Positions 1 to 17,553 of a DNA stretch of 64,000 bases are shown here, one piece after another. The stretch comes from the human T2T-CHM13v2.0 reference genome, Homo sapiens: the NCBI RefSeq assembly GCF_009914755.1, contig NC_060936.1. One strand, 5' to 3'. Within the stretch, counting starts at the first letter, position 1; each line of letters begins with the position of its first letter. A program made the translations under genes and the position numbers. Below the pieces are notes generated by a model. It was not told the DNA's origin. It did not search any database and saw only the letters and a program-made list of their open reading frames with translations.

Positions 1-101
1 TGTTGCTATTTTGATGTCCATGAGTACCTGATGTTTAGCTCCCACATACAGGTGAGAACATGCGGTATTTAGTCTTCTGTTCCTATGTTAGTTTGCTTAG
101 G
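1..101 (-). mobile_element. L1 (L1PB/L1MA-like) 3' UTR fragment
   Basis: TTTAGCTCCCACATACAGGTGAGAACATGCGGTATTTAGTCTTCTGTTCC matches the antisense L1 3' end motif. Confidence 0.75.
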
Positions 102-885
<784 letters not shown>

Positions 886-1147
886 GGATAGGATAATGAG
901 GGAAGCAGAGCAGATGTGAGGCTTTAGGGAGTGGTGGAGACTGAGGCTAATTAGAGAATGGGCACCCAGGCAAATGGCTCTGAGGATTGCCAGACAGGAG
1001 TGCAAGCACAGTGTGGTCAGATCTTCCAATTTTTTTTAGAGAAAATGAAAATTTAGATCTTTATGTTAAATATCTGATATTCAAGAAAAAGCAGAAACTA
1101 AACGAAACACATCTGCAAAGGCCAAATGGGCCACCGGGTTATGAACT

Positions 1148-1959
<812 letters not shown>

Positions 1960-2644
1960 AGTCCACCCCTTGTCAACTTGGCACCCATATGCATCTCCTT
2001 AAGCCATGTTTAATCTCCAAGTAAAGATAATAACAAGGTCATAATCCCACGTAATGTGATACAACTATCCTGTGTACAACCAAAAATGCACTAACTCCTT
2101 CCTTGGAAGAGGAAGTAAAGGACTTCAGTGATGTTTACTCTTTTCCTTGATACCCTACAGCTTAAATACTGTGATGTAAAATTAACAATATTCAAGTACC
2201 GTAATATAAAGTCAATATATCTTATGTTACCTAATAAGGGAATGAGAAGAAAGAAAACAAAGATAATTGCTTAATATGTATCTTTATACACACACACACA
2301 AATAAGGAGGAAATACTCATGAAAATTACAGTCCTCAGTTCTGTAACTGATCATGTGGTCATAGCTGGTATAACTACTTTCTTCCACTTTGGGGTTCCCA
2401 TTCCATATTCCCTTGGCCTTCGGCAAACAACTCAACTGGTCATGGTTCTTTACCTGGGCAAGTGACCCAACTTTCATTCCTGAAGGGTCTGGGCCATTAG
2501 CAGTCCTGCCTGGACTGGGTTGTAGTTTTCCATTGACCTTAGTTTGTCACAGGGCATGGTAAAACTAAGGGATCTCCTATATTCCAGGCATTCTTTCTTA
2601 CCCCCATTGTGGCCTAGTTGTCCAGTGACCCTCTGATAGGGTCG

Positions 2645-2836
2645 TCACATCAGCCAGCACAGTAACTCCCTTCTTCGCCTGTTGTTCAGAGGCATGAGAA
2701 TCCCAAAGTGGCCAGCTAACAGTCTTAACTTCCTTTTCAGTGGAATAAGTGTATCTCCTAGTAGAAACAGTCTTTTCTCTGGAACTAAGACCTCTAGACC
2801 AGCAAAGTATAAGGCCACAGAGTAAGAAGCAAACAT
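2645..2836 (-). pseudogene. ERV-L dUTPase remnant
   Basis: ORF AGLEVLVPEKRLFLLGDTLIPLKRKLRLLAGHFGILMPLN resembles the ERV-L dUTPase located after pol. Confidence 0.75.
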
Positions 2837-2858
2837 TTAATTAGTGGCTCTTTACAGG

Positions 2859-3206
2859 TGTATTAATCTGTTCTCACGCTGCTAAGAGACATACCTGAGA
2901 CTGGGTAATTTGTAAAGGAAAGAGGTTTAATGGACTCACAGTTCCACATGGCTGGGGAGGCCTCACAATCATGGCAGAAGGCGAAGGGGGAGCAAATGCA
3001 CGTCTTACATGGTGGCAGGAAAGAGCTTGTGCAGGGCAATTCCCACTTATAAAACCATCAGGTCTTGTGAGACTTATTCACTATCACAGTATGGGGGAAA
3101 CTGCCCTCATGATTCAGTTATCTCCACCTGGCCCTGCCCATGACATGTGGGGATTATTACAATTCAAGGTGAGATTTGGGTGGGGACACAGAGCCAAACC
3201 ATATCA
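2859..3206 (-). mobile_element. Solo THE1 LTR (THE1C/D-like MaLR)
   Basis: TGTATTAATCTGTTCTCACGCTGCT...GGGGACACAGAGCCAAACCATATCA, about 350 bp. Confidence 0.9.
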
Positions 3207-3259
3207 GTGGGTAATAGTGAGTGGTGCCACTCCCACTTCCACCCCTTGATTCTTGGATC

Positions 3260-5260
3260 ACAGGCTTCGTCCTCAAATTTTCTTGTCACCAATTTTCCAA
3301 TTATGTTCCTTCCAAGTCCCTGACCATCGAACCAAACCGTTAACCACAGCCCATCAATTGCTATAGAATTGCAGGACTGGCCATTTCTCCTTCTAAGCCA
3401 AGTAAACAACTAGGGGCACTGCTTGAGGTTCTGTCCACTGGGAAGATTTCCCTTCACCGCAGTCCTTCAGGGATGTCCCAGGAAGGAGCTGTCTGCTTGC
3501 CAGTGGTGCCTACATATCCTGGAGAACCATCTGTAAACCAGGTCCGGGTCAATTCTGTCAGTTTATCATAGGGAATTCCCCATGAGGCCATAGGTGCAGG
3601 CTGGGAGAGAGAAGGCAGTGCAGCAGGAATGGGGACCATGGGCATTTGGGCCACTTCATGTAACTTACTGGTGCCTTCAGGGCCTGCTTGGGCCCAATCA
3701 CATATATACCACACCATTTGATGATGGAATGCTGCTGTGCATGCCCCCCTTTATGGCTTGGAGGGTCAGATAACACCCAGTTCATGATGGGTAGCTCAGA
3801 GCACAGGGTCATTTGGGGGCCCATGGTCAAGCATTCAATCTCCACTAAGGCCCAGTAGCAAACCAAGAGCTGTTTCTCAAAAAGCAGTTATCTATAGATG
3901 ATATAGGGCCTTGCTCTAGAATCCTAAGGGCTTGCACTGTGATTTATCCAGATGGGGGCCTGTCGAAGACTCCAGATAGCATCCTTATCTGCCACTGACA
4001 CCTCGGGCACCATGGCATCTGCTGGGTCATATGGCCCAAGCAATAGAGCAGCTTTCACAGCAGCCTAGACCTGTTGCAGAGCCTTCTCCTGTTCTGGGTC
4101 CCACTCCAAACTGGCAGCTTTTCAGGTCACTCCACACATGGGTGGAATTAACACACTCAAATGAGAAATATGTTGGCTCCCAAATCCAAAGATGCCCACT
4201 AGGCATTTTGTCTCTTTTTTGGTTGCAGGACTAACTAGATGCAACTTCTTCCCTTTAAAGGGCTATCTCCATGTGCCTCCACACTGTGGAGCCCTAGATA
4301 TTTCACTGAGGTGGAAGGCAGCTGAATTTTTGTTAGATTTATTTTCTACCTTCTGGCATGCAAATGTCTTACCAATAAGTCTAGGATCATTGGGATTTCT
4401 TGCTCACAAGGTCCAATAAGCATAGTATCATAAGTGTCATGGGCTAGGGTGAAATCTTGTGGAAGGGAAAGGTGATCAAGGTCCTTGCAAACCAAATGAT
4501 GACGTAGAGCCAGAGAGTGCTGTACCTGAGCTAGGACAGTGAAGGTGTGTTGCTGGCCTTGCCAGCTGAAAGCACAATGCTTCCATCCAGTGGGCCTTAT
4601 GGAAAGGGTTGGAGAACAAGGCCTTTGCCAGATCAATAGCTGCATACCAGGTCCCAGGAGATTCAGGCAATGAAACCACATCTGCAATTGGGTGTGGTAC
4701 TGCAGCTGCAATTGGAGCCACCACCTGGTTAATCTTACAGTAATCCACTGTCATTCTCTGAGATCCATCTGTCTTCTACATAGGCCAGATCGGCAAGTTG
4801 AGTGGGGATGTGGTGGCAGTCACCACCCCTGATCTTTCTAGTCCTTTATAGTGACGCTAATCTCTGCCAGCCCTCTAGGAATGCAGGATTACTTTTGGTT
4901 TACTAATTTCCTACATAGGGGCAGTTCTTGTGGCTTTCACTTGGCCTTTCCCACCATAATAGCACTCACTCCACAGGTCAGGCATCCAGTGTGGGGACTG
5001 TGTCTGCTGGGTATGTCTATTTCAATTATGCATTCCAGAACTGGGAAATAACCATAGAATGCATTTGGGACCCCACTCAGCCCCACTGTGAGATGAACCT
5101 GAGCTAAAACTCTATTGATCACCTGACCTCTATAAGCCCCTACTCTGACTGGAGGGCTACGGTGACATTTTGGGTCTCCTGGAATCAATGTCAGTTCTGA
5201 GCCACTGTCCAGTAGTGACTGAATGTTCTGATTACTTCCTTTTCCTCAGTGCACAGTCAC
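3260..5260 (-). pseudogene. ERV-L pro-pol remnant (protease, RT, RNase H), frameshifted
   Basis: Protease LLDSGSELTLIPGDP near 5172-5216; RT MTVDYCKINQVVAPIAAAVP..WYAAIDLA (4476-4754); catalytic YIDD decayed to HDTYDTMLIGP; RNase H WFTDGS (3454-3717). Confidence 0.85.
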
Positions 5261-6229
5261 TCTGGTAAAAGGCTGCAGGTTCCTTTGTGGGGGGCTGGGA
5301 GAAAAATTAACAGTATAAACTTTTGGCAGTATACCAAGGTCCTCCCTTAAGGGGACCCGGCCTCCCCTTCATTCAAAGGGTTCTGGGTCTATAAATTGGC
5401 TCCAGTCTGTGAATTGATTGAGGGGCTGTGACACTCTGTTTTTATGATTCAGGTTAAACTTTTGATCCCTTGATCTAGAACTTTACTGCTCATACAGATC
5501 AAGTAAGAATTTAGTAGGTTTCCTCTCCACTTCTAGGAACACCATCACCAACTAATTAATGTCATATAGGTCTGTGTGATTACACTATTCTGACTGCTGC
5601 TTTGATGCTGCTGTCTGTTACAGTGAGTGTCCCCACTTGGCCCCTCCCACTCTGGGATCCAGTTATACCCTTTGTATTTAGGTTTCCAAATTCAGTGACC
5701 TCAGTTCCCATGGTAAGGATTGGCTTACAGAGAAGAATGATCTCAGAGCTCTTCAAGGATGATGGGGCTCCCCCAAAAAATTTATTTCTCACAGTGTTGG
5801 TTGATAATCATGTCTCTGGTCCTTCCCAGTGTGGGTGCATAGGTCTTAAATAACAAATCCACTCTACTGTCCCAGTCTTCAATCTCTTCCTTTTAGGTCC
5901 TTGAATCTCTTCCTTTTAGATTAAACCAAGGCAGTTTTGGCATCTCCATCCCCCTCACTGTGAGCCACCTTTTGGTCCATGTTTCAGCCAACCAACCCAA
6001 CACATGGTTAGAACCCTTTCTAACTCCCAGGCTGCAACATTAAATGCAGAATCTCTGCTTAGTATGCCTATATCCATAAATTTAGCCTGATTCAATTTTA
6101 TGTTCCTTCCACCATTATCCCACACCTATTGCCATGCATGTTCCCCAGATTTCTATCTTATGAATTAGAAAACTCAAGTTGTTCTTTTGGAGTGTAGCAC
6201 ACCTCATGGGTCACTTTTTTTATGCCTCC

Positions 6230-8822
<2,593 letters not shown>

Positions 8823-9702
8823 CCTCCCCTTTAGGGGCCTGCTGGGAATTCAGTCTAGTTACAAGTCTAGAAGCAAAGAGGTGGTTGGGGGCGGGGGTCT
8901 TTAGGAGACTTAGGATTGTCTTGTATGGCAGCTACCTCAGGGGAGGCTGTAAGAGTTTCCCCAGGCAGTGCAGGGTTAATTCCCTCAGTAGGACGTGGAG
9001 AGGCCACTCCAGCTGGTGGTGGGGAGACTTCTTCCACTGGCAAGGAAGACTCAGAGTTTAGGGTCTCAGTGTGCCCAGCTTCACCAGGGTCTTCCCACCT
9101 GTCCCCATCCTAACTTTCAGGGTTCCATTCCATCACAATGCCTTCACTTTAGCAGCAGACACCCTACAAGGCTAGGAGTTCAACTTGCATTGTAATTCAG
9201 CCAGTCACAGAATGAGATTCTGGGTCTGATTTTCAGCAATCTCAGCCCTGCAGCTACAGGAGATTAGAGTCTCCCTCAGGGCATGCATGGAAGCTTTCAG
9301 GCCATTTATGTGGCACTTGAGCTGGTAACTTAAATCTCTAAACTCATCCTTTTCTTTCCCCATTGTGTCCAGAGACATTAGGACCAACCAGCCAATGTCA
9401 TTGTATTCCTAGTTTGCCAAAAATGTTTCAAAGTATCTGGCATATCAAGTGGGCCTTAAAAAGAGAAAGTATTATGGACACTGTCACCCACATGCGTGCT
9501 TCTTATCAGTGGTTGATTTGGAATATCTATTGGAGATAGTTTGCATATCTCTATTAGGGAATAAACACCATGGACTATCAGTGTTCTCTTTACTACTGGA
9601 AATAGAGTCATTAGCATCTTTATATCTAATTGAATTAGAGAGCCAACCCCAGAAATCCCAAAACCATGTCTGAATACTCATCCTTAAAATTCTGTTCCTC
9701 TC

Positions 9703-9720
9703 TAACCACTCCTGGTGCCA
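9703..9720 (-). promoter_or_regulatory. ERV-L primer binding site (tRNA-Leu type)
   Basis: Minus strand TGGCACCAGGAGTGGTTA, 5 nt after the 5' LTR end; close to the complement of the tRNA-Leu(TAA) 3' end, TGGTACCAGGAGTGGGGT. Confidence 0.75.
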
Positions 9721-9725
9721 AAATC

Positions 9726-9762
9726 TGTATTAGGGTTTTCCAGAGAAACAGAACCAATAAGA

Positions 9763-9825
<63 letters not shown>
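9726..9825 (-). mobile_element. Truncated MLT2 5' LTR (U5 end only)
   Basis: TGTATTAGGGTTTTCCAGAGAAACAGAACCAAT matches 1148 TATATTAGGGTTCTCCAGAAAAACAGATTCAA; homology ends at the microsatellite. Confidence 0.85.
9763..9823. repeat. Compound (TC)n(TG)n microsatellite
   Basis: Direct reading. Confidence 0.95.
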
Positions 9826-9899
9826 CTGCTGCTGGTATAGTCAAACCAAATATGTACCTAGAGCAATGTAAGCTGATATAGGTGATAAGGAGATGCCCA

Positions 9900-11750
9900 G
9901 GGAGACCAACTGAATTTTGCCTGGAGAGGTCAAGGAAGACTCCCTGGAGGAGGTGACACTTGAGCTGTGTTATGAAGGATAAAAGAGGGTTTACCAGAAA
10001 AACTGGGTGGGAAAGGGAACTCCAGGCAGAAGGACCATGTGTGCTTGGGTTCCTACAGCTAGTTCAGTGTGATCTAAACACACGGTACATGTGGGGACAT
10101 GACAGGGACATGTCTGGAGAGTAGGGCAAGGTATTTTCCCTTGAGGGCCACAGAAGCCATTCAGGGCTTTGAGCAGAGCAGTGGCTGGGGTTCAGTTGTG
10201 TACTAGAAAGATTGCTCTGGGGACTGTTGATTGAGCACCTGCTGTGTGCCAGGCCCTGGAGTTTCAATGGCGAGACAGAAAAGGTCCATTTGGAGCTCTA
10301 TTTTAGAGAGAAAGACTGTAAATAGTAGAAAGGTATGTGTGTGGTCCGTCCACAGTGATAAGTGCTATGAAGAAAAAAAAAAGAGAAGAAAGAATGGGGT
10401 GCAGGGGAGGGTGGGGTGTGGGATAGGTAGAGCTCATGCAGTTTTAAATAGAGTTTCACTGAGACAGTGACATTTGCACCTTTGAAGGATTTGAATAAGG
10501 CAGCCATGAGGATATCGGGGAAAGGGCATTCCTAGCTGAGTGAACCACCAATGCAAAATGCAAAATGGTGCAGCTGCTGTGGGAAGCAGTTTGATGGTTT
10601 CTCAGTAAGTTAAACATAGACTTAACCATGTGACCCAGCAATTCTGCTCCCAGGAATATACCCAAAAAAATTGAAAACAGGTGCTCCAACCAAAACATAT
10701 ACACAGATGTTCACAGCAGCACTATTCACACTAGCCAAAAGGTAGAACCAACCCGCATGTGCATCGCTCATGAATGGATAAATACAATGTGGTCTGTCCA
10801 TACAATGGAATATTATTCAGCCATGAAAAAGAATGCATCTCTGACACAGGCTGCAACAAGGATGAGCCCCAAACACAATGCTGATTAAAAGAGGCCAGAC
10901 GCAAAAGACCATGTAGCGTAGGATTCCATTTATGCAAAATGTCCAGAACAGGCAAATCCATAGAGACAGAAAGCAGATTAGTGCTTTCCAGGGGCTGGGG
11001 AAAGGAGAATGGGAAACAGATACTTGCTGGGTCTTGGGGTGATGAAATGTTCTGAAAGTAGATAGAGGCAATGGTTGTACAATATTGTGAATGTACTAAT
11101 AAGTGCCACTGAACTGTGTGCATTCAGATATTAATATGCACTCCTACAATTAGTGTCTGGTTGACTGAAGGAGGAGTGAGGGGGCAGGTGGGTGCGGGGC
11201 CCGGGTGAGGACTTCAGCCTTTGCTCTGAGTGAGCTGGGAGCCTCAAAGGTTTGGAGTAGAGGGGTGAGGTCATTGACTCCGACGGCCACATGGGGAATA
11301 GGCCTAAGGGGTGTGGATTGGAGCCGGGACCCCATGAGAAGGATGCAGGAACATCGCGTGTTCCTGCACGTGATGAGGGTGGGAGGGAATGGAGGGGTGA
11401 GAAGTGACGCGATTCTCGGTAGAATTTAAAGATGGAGCCAACAAGACTTGCACGTGGGAAGTGAGAGAGAGAGCGGAGTCCACAATTTGGCCTGAACTAT
11501 GGGAGGATGGAGCTGCCCTTTCCTGAGATGGTGGTGCCTGGGAGAGAAGAGGGAGGATAAAGCCAGGTGGGGGCTCTGCTTTGGGGCCAGAGGGGGCTGC
11601 TGCATTGACCTCGCCAGACCCAACAGGGGCAAGGCCTCTTGACAGGGAGACCCCAGCTGCATTTGAGCAGCCTCTGGAAAAATTGCAGGTGCAGCAGGGC
11701 CAGGAGGTTTTGTGTCAAGAAATAAAATGACAGGCACATCTATGAAGCCC
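9900..11750 (-). mobile_element. L2 fragments (interrupted by L1MB)
   Basis: GGAGGAGGTGACACTTGAGCTG, ATTGAGCACCTGCTGTGTGCCAGGC and later L2 body motifs. Confidence 0.65.
10555..11150 (+). mobile_element. L1MB (7/8-like) 3' end
   Basis: GACCCAGCAATTCTGCTCC...CAATGGAATATTATTCAGCCATGAAAAAGAATG...GGCAAATCCATAGAGACAGAAAGCAGATTAG. Confidence 0.85.
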
Positions 11751-11754
11751 TCAG

Positions 11755-12408
<654 letters not shown>

Positions 12409-12520
12409 AAAATCCACTGTAAAGGGACACTTTAAAGTCCACTGTAAAGTCCACTGTAAAGGGACAGAGGCAAGAGAAGTATTGACCAAGTTGGTCTTAG
12501 TGCTGTCACCTCTCTTCTGC

Positions 12521-12570
12521 TGATGTTGTTGTTGTTGTTTGTTGATGTTGTCGTTGTTGTTGATGTTGTT
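12521..12570. repeat. Imperfect (GTT)n microsatellite
   Basis: Direct reading. Confidence 0.9.
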
Positions 12571-12673
12571 AAATAGAATTGAAATCAGACACTTTGGGGA
12601 AAGGTAAATTCTGAAGGGGAAAATGGTAGAGCATTACTAGAGGTTATTTCTGAATGATGGGATTTTTATAAAC

Positions 12674-13007
<334 letters not shown>

Positions 13008-15034
13008 TAGGGGTGAGCATGGGGCAGGAATGAAGCACTGGACCACCAATTCCCTGCCCTGACATTGATGGCAGAACAGTGGAACAAGCTCTGGTCATGA
13101 CAGAATCAGGTCACCTGAGTCCAGCCCTGCTGTCTGGCTTTGGGCAAGTGTCTTAACCTCTCTGGGCATCTGGAAAGAGACCGTATGGGTAGGCCATGTG
13201 ACGGCTCTAGCCTGGACTGCTGAAAAGGTGGGGTCTCCAGCTGTAGGAACCCCTACTCCCATCCCCTTTACCCCTCCCACAGAGGATCTGCCACTGCCAG
13301 GCTGGCCGAGGGGAGGGGCTTGGCATGAGGACCAGCAGATGCCAGTCTCGCTCCACGCACAGATGTATCTGCCAGTTTCTGATAGGGAGAAGCGATCTGG
13401 GAGTCGCTCACTTCATTGATAATTAAATTCAAATTAAGAGAGATTTGCATTTATCAAAAGCCTGTTTGACAAGGTGTCACTGTTCTCATCCAGCACCCGG
13501 GCGCTGGGGAGCCAGCAGGGGGAGGTGCAGTCATGTGGGGGTGGGGAGAGAGGAGGGGTAGGGGTGGAGGAGAGGGGAAAACATCAGAGAGGCTGCCTGT
13601 CAGCCCTTCATTATTCCAGAGGGTCGCAGCTCCATGGTAAGTGGCAGGAAATGCTGTGTGGCCTCGGTCAGGCTGCTTGACCTTTCTGAGCCTCAGTTTC
13701 CCCATGGCAGCCCCCAGGGTTCCCTCCTCCATGGACTGCTACCATTTGGCTTCTGCTTAGGTTAAGAATCCCCCATCCCTACCACCCTTCTTGATTGAAT
13801 GCTAGGAAGGAGAGCCATAGAATCTCCAGGGGACATTGTTGGTGGCCCACCCAGACCCCTTTGCCAAGCAGCACCCATCCCCGCTGTGACTTGACTGTTC
13901 TGTTCTCCAGGGAATTGCAAGATGTTCCATCCCATCCCACCCTAGGGGCAGCCCACAGCCCCTGAGTGACTTGATTCAGGGGAAGAGTAAAAGCCTGGCC
14001 CGCTTCCCTCAAGTTGGGACTGCACTATGGTACCATTCACCCCACACAGCTCCCAGGGGCGACACTGGACTCTCGCTGAGCCCACATTTCCACCCAGCTC
14101 CTCTCCTGCCCCCACCTGCTTCCCTTACTCCTGCCAGCTTCCTCTTGAGGGCATATCCCCGTCCCCCAATAAGTCACTAGCCCCCAGATCCCCATCTCAG
14201 CCCCCAGAGAACCCGACCCAAGACAGAATCCCATCTGGACTACAGGCCCGTCTTTGATCGCCATGTGACCTCCAGCAGGTTGTTAAACTCCCTGAGCCTC
14301 AGGGACTTCGTGGGGGGCATGAGGATAAGATAGCCCTCACTCTTTGGGATGGTCTACGAGGACCAAGGGACATGATGGATTTGACATTCCTTCTTGTAAA
14401 CCAGAAGGTTTCATGTAACTGGAGGCTCTCTTTGGAGAAGAGAGAAAGATCCTGCTGGCCCGAGTGGTCCACAAGTGCTCAATAGGAGGAGAATGGATGG
14501 GGTTTGGGAGAGAAAGGAGAGGGGTATGTGATGGGGACATTTTCTGCCTCCCTGGCCTGGGATGAGCTGCAGAGAGTGGATGAACCACAGATGGCATTTG
14601 TGGCAAAGGTTTGAGCAATGGGCCTATGTTCAGAAATAATGGTGGTCGAAGTTGTGGTCATGGAGATCGTTATTTTTCCAGCACTGCGTTGGGACAGATA
14701 CTTTCCAACCCCTCAGAGGAGGCTCTTCTAAGGCAGCGGGCATTTCTGGCTTTATCTGATCCAGCATCATCTCAGCCACAGCCAGCTGCTATTCTTCCTT
14801 GGGAGGCCTTTGTATCATGAACACCTGATTGACAAAAATCTGCTATACAAAGTGGATGAACAAAGGAATAGTTGTATGCACTGCATACAGTTCATCCGTT
14901 CCTTCCATGGGGCTGAGCTTCCCAAGGTCATGGCAAATAGGATAAGCGTTCAGAACAATTTTCTCCCAAGAACTGCCTACTGTGTCAAAGGTGGTGGACC
15001 CACCTTCACTCTGCCCGAGAGCCACTTGGACTTA

Positions 15035-15200
15035 CAGGTCCAGATGTTAAAATCGGACAAACCCAGGTGCTAATCCAAACTCAGCCCTGAACTAGCCGTG
15101 TGACCTTGGGTAAGTCACTTCCCCTCTCTGAGCCCCCATCACCTGGTCTGTGAAATGGGGATATAAATGAGGGTGGTTAGGAGGATCAGTGAGGCAGTCG
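15035..15200 (+). mobile_element. MIR
   Basis: CTAGCCGTGTGACCTTGGGTAAGTCACTTCCCCTCTCTGAGCC...TGAAATGGGGAT. Confidence 0.7.
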
Positions 15201-16401
15201 TGGGACCTGCCCTACAGTGTAAATGTCAGTATTTGGCATTTCCAGTAACTTCTCTGTTCTTTTTCTTCCCTCTGCTGGCTCCACTCCCTGTCCCTCACTG
15301 TGTTCCTTAAAGACATTTTTTCAGTGTTGAAACCTTCCAGGTCAGCGCTGCTTGCAAAAATAGCAAAAGACTTGGGGTGAGCTGGAAACCCATTTAACAA
15401 CTTTCTGAGGACCCCTGCAAGGCTATACAGGGACTTAATTTCCCAGGCAGAGGAGCGAGAACAGCAGGTCCTGTGGCCATTGATGGGGGACAATTGACAA
15501 TTGAAGGCAACTCTCACTTTCTCATCAATACCATAGATTGAGCTAGCAGCGAAGAGATTTTCAGAGTTTTATTCTTTTTGTGAGTCACAGCACCACCTAT
15601 CAAATTGAGCACCCCCTCTTGATCTAGGAATATTAGTACAGAAGATAATATTATTTTCCCGGCCATGGTGAAGGCAGGTCTTCAGAAGCACTCAGCTTCC
15701 AGCTTCGTGGCTGGGTGCATCCTCCTCTTTTATATTAATAGGTTTCATCCACTAGATGTTCTCCATTTACACGCGAAACTGGAAAAAAGCAGCAGCTAAA
15801 TATAGCCCCTGCACAGGCAGGCTGCCGTGGTCCGAAGCTAAGGGAACAGGCAAAATCAGAATAGGGGTGGGGGAATGCGCAGCCCTTGTCACACTCCAGT
15901 TGTGACTCCAGGGTGGCAGAGGTCCCTAACGTGAACTCGAAAGCTGTGTTACCTTTGGCAGTTTACACTACCTCTCTGAGCTTCAGTTTTCCCCTCTCTA
16001 AAGTGGCATCATTTCTCTTGATGATATTTCAGTTTTATTTCCTTGGCTCAGTGTTCCCACCTGGGGACGATGCCTGAGAAGTGAGCAGGGAGCCTCAGGT
16101 GACGCCTGCAGGATATGTTTCTCTGGTCTCATTTTTTAGTGTCGTTCTGAAGATTGAGAGGAGATGGCACGTGAAGGGAGATGTTCTATGTGGACCACCA
16201 AACTTTGAGATGAAGATGAGTCAGATAAAGCCAGAAATGCCCGCTGCCTTAGAAGAGCCTCCTCTGAGGGACTGGAAAGCATTTGTCCCAATGCAGTGCC
16301 GGAAAAATAACAATCTCAGTGATTTCTCAGGCCCTTTGAATTAAGACTATAGTTTAAATCCTCATCTTAGGTACAAATTAGGGACTCAGGGGCTTAGGTC
16401 A

Positions 16402-16430
16402 ACACACACACACACACACACACACACACA
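16402..16430. repeat. (AC)n microsatellite
   Basis: Direct reading. Confidence 0.95.
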
Positions 16431-16499
16431 TTCTTCTTGGTAGAGGTGTTCTTCCTTTTGCTCTTCAAAGGAGACAAATCTTTGGTGGCAGTTAAGAGA

Positions 16500-16850
16500 C
16501 CTGTGCCTGTACTTGTTTGGTAACCTGGATAAAGTATTTCCTGTCTCCAAACCTCAGTTTCCCTACCTGTAAAATGGGCACAGTGCTAACTCCTCGGACT
16601 AAACAAGATGAAAATAAAAATGATTGACATTTATTGAGCACCTACTCTTTATCTGGCCCCATGCTAAGCCTCATCTAAGTATCTAAGCACCTAAGAACAG
16701 CCCCATTAGATAAGTACTAGTATTATCCCTATGTTACAGGAGGGGAAAATGGAGACTCAGAGAGGGAGTGACTTTTCCCCCAGGTCACACAGCAAGTAAG
16801 TAGAGCCAGGACATAAACCCAACTCTGGGCAATTTTAAAGCCTAGATGCT
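16500..16850. mobile_element. Two MIR fragments in opposite orientations
   Basis: CCTCAGTTTCCCTACCTGTAAAATGGG (+); ACATTTATTGAGCACCTAC...CAGGTCACACAGCAAGTAAG (-). Confidence 0.7.
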
Positions 16851-16978
16851 CTTGAGCTCCCAAGTCATGTGTCCCCCAGTGAATGTCAAGGTCTTAGTTC
16901 CATGCATGGTACCTAATAGGCACCCAGTAAATATTTGCTATGGTGACCGTGACATTGATGGTGATGTTTGGAAAACTA

Positions 16979-17553
<575 letters not shown>

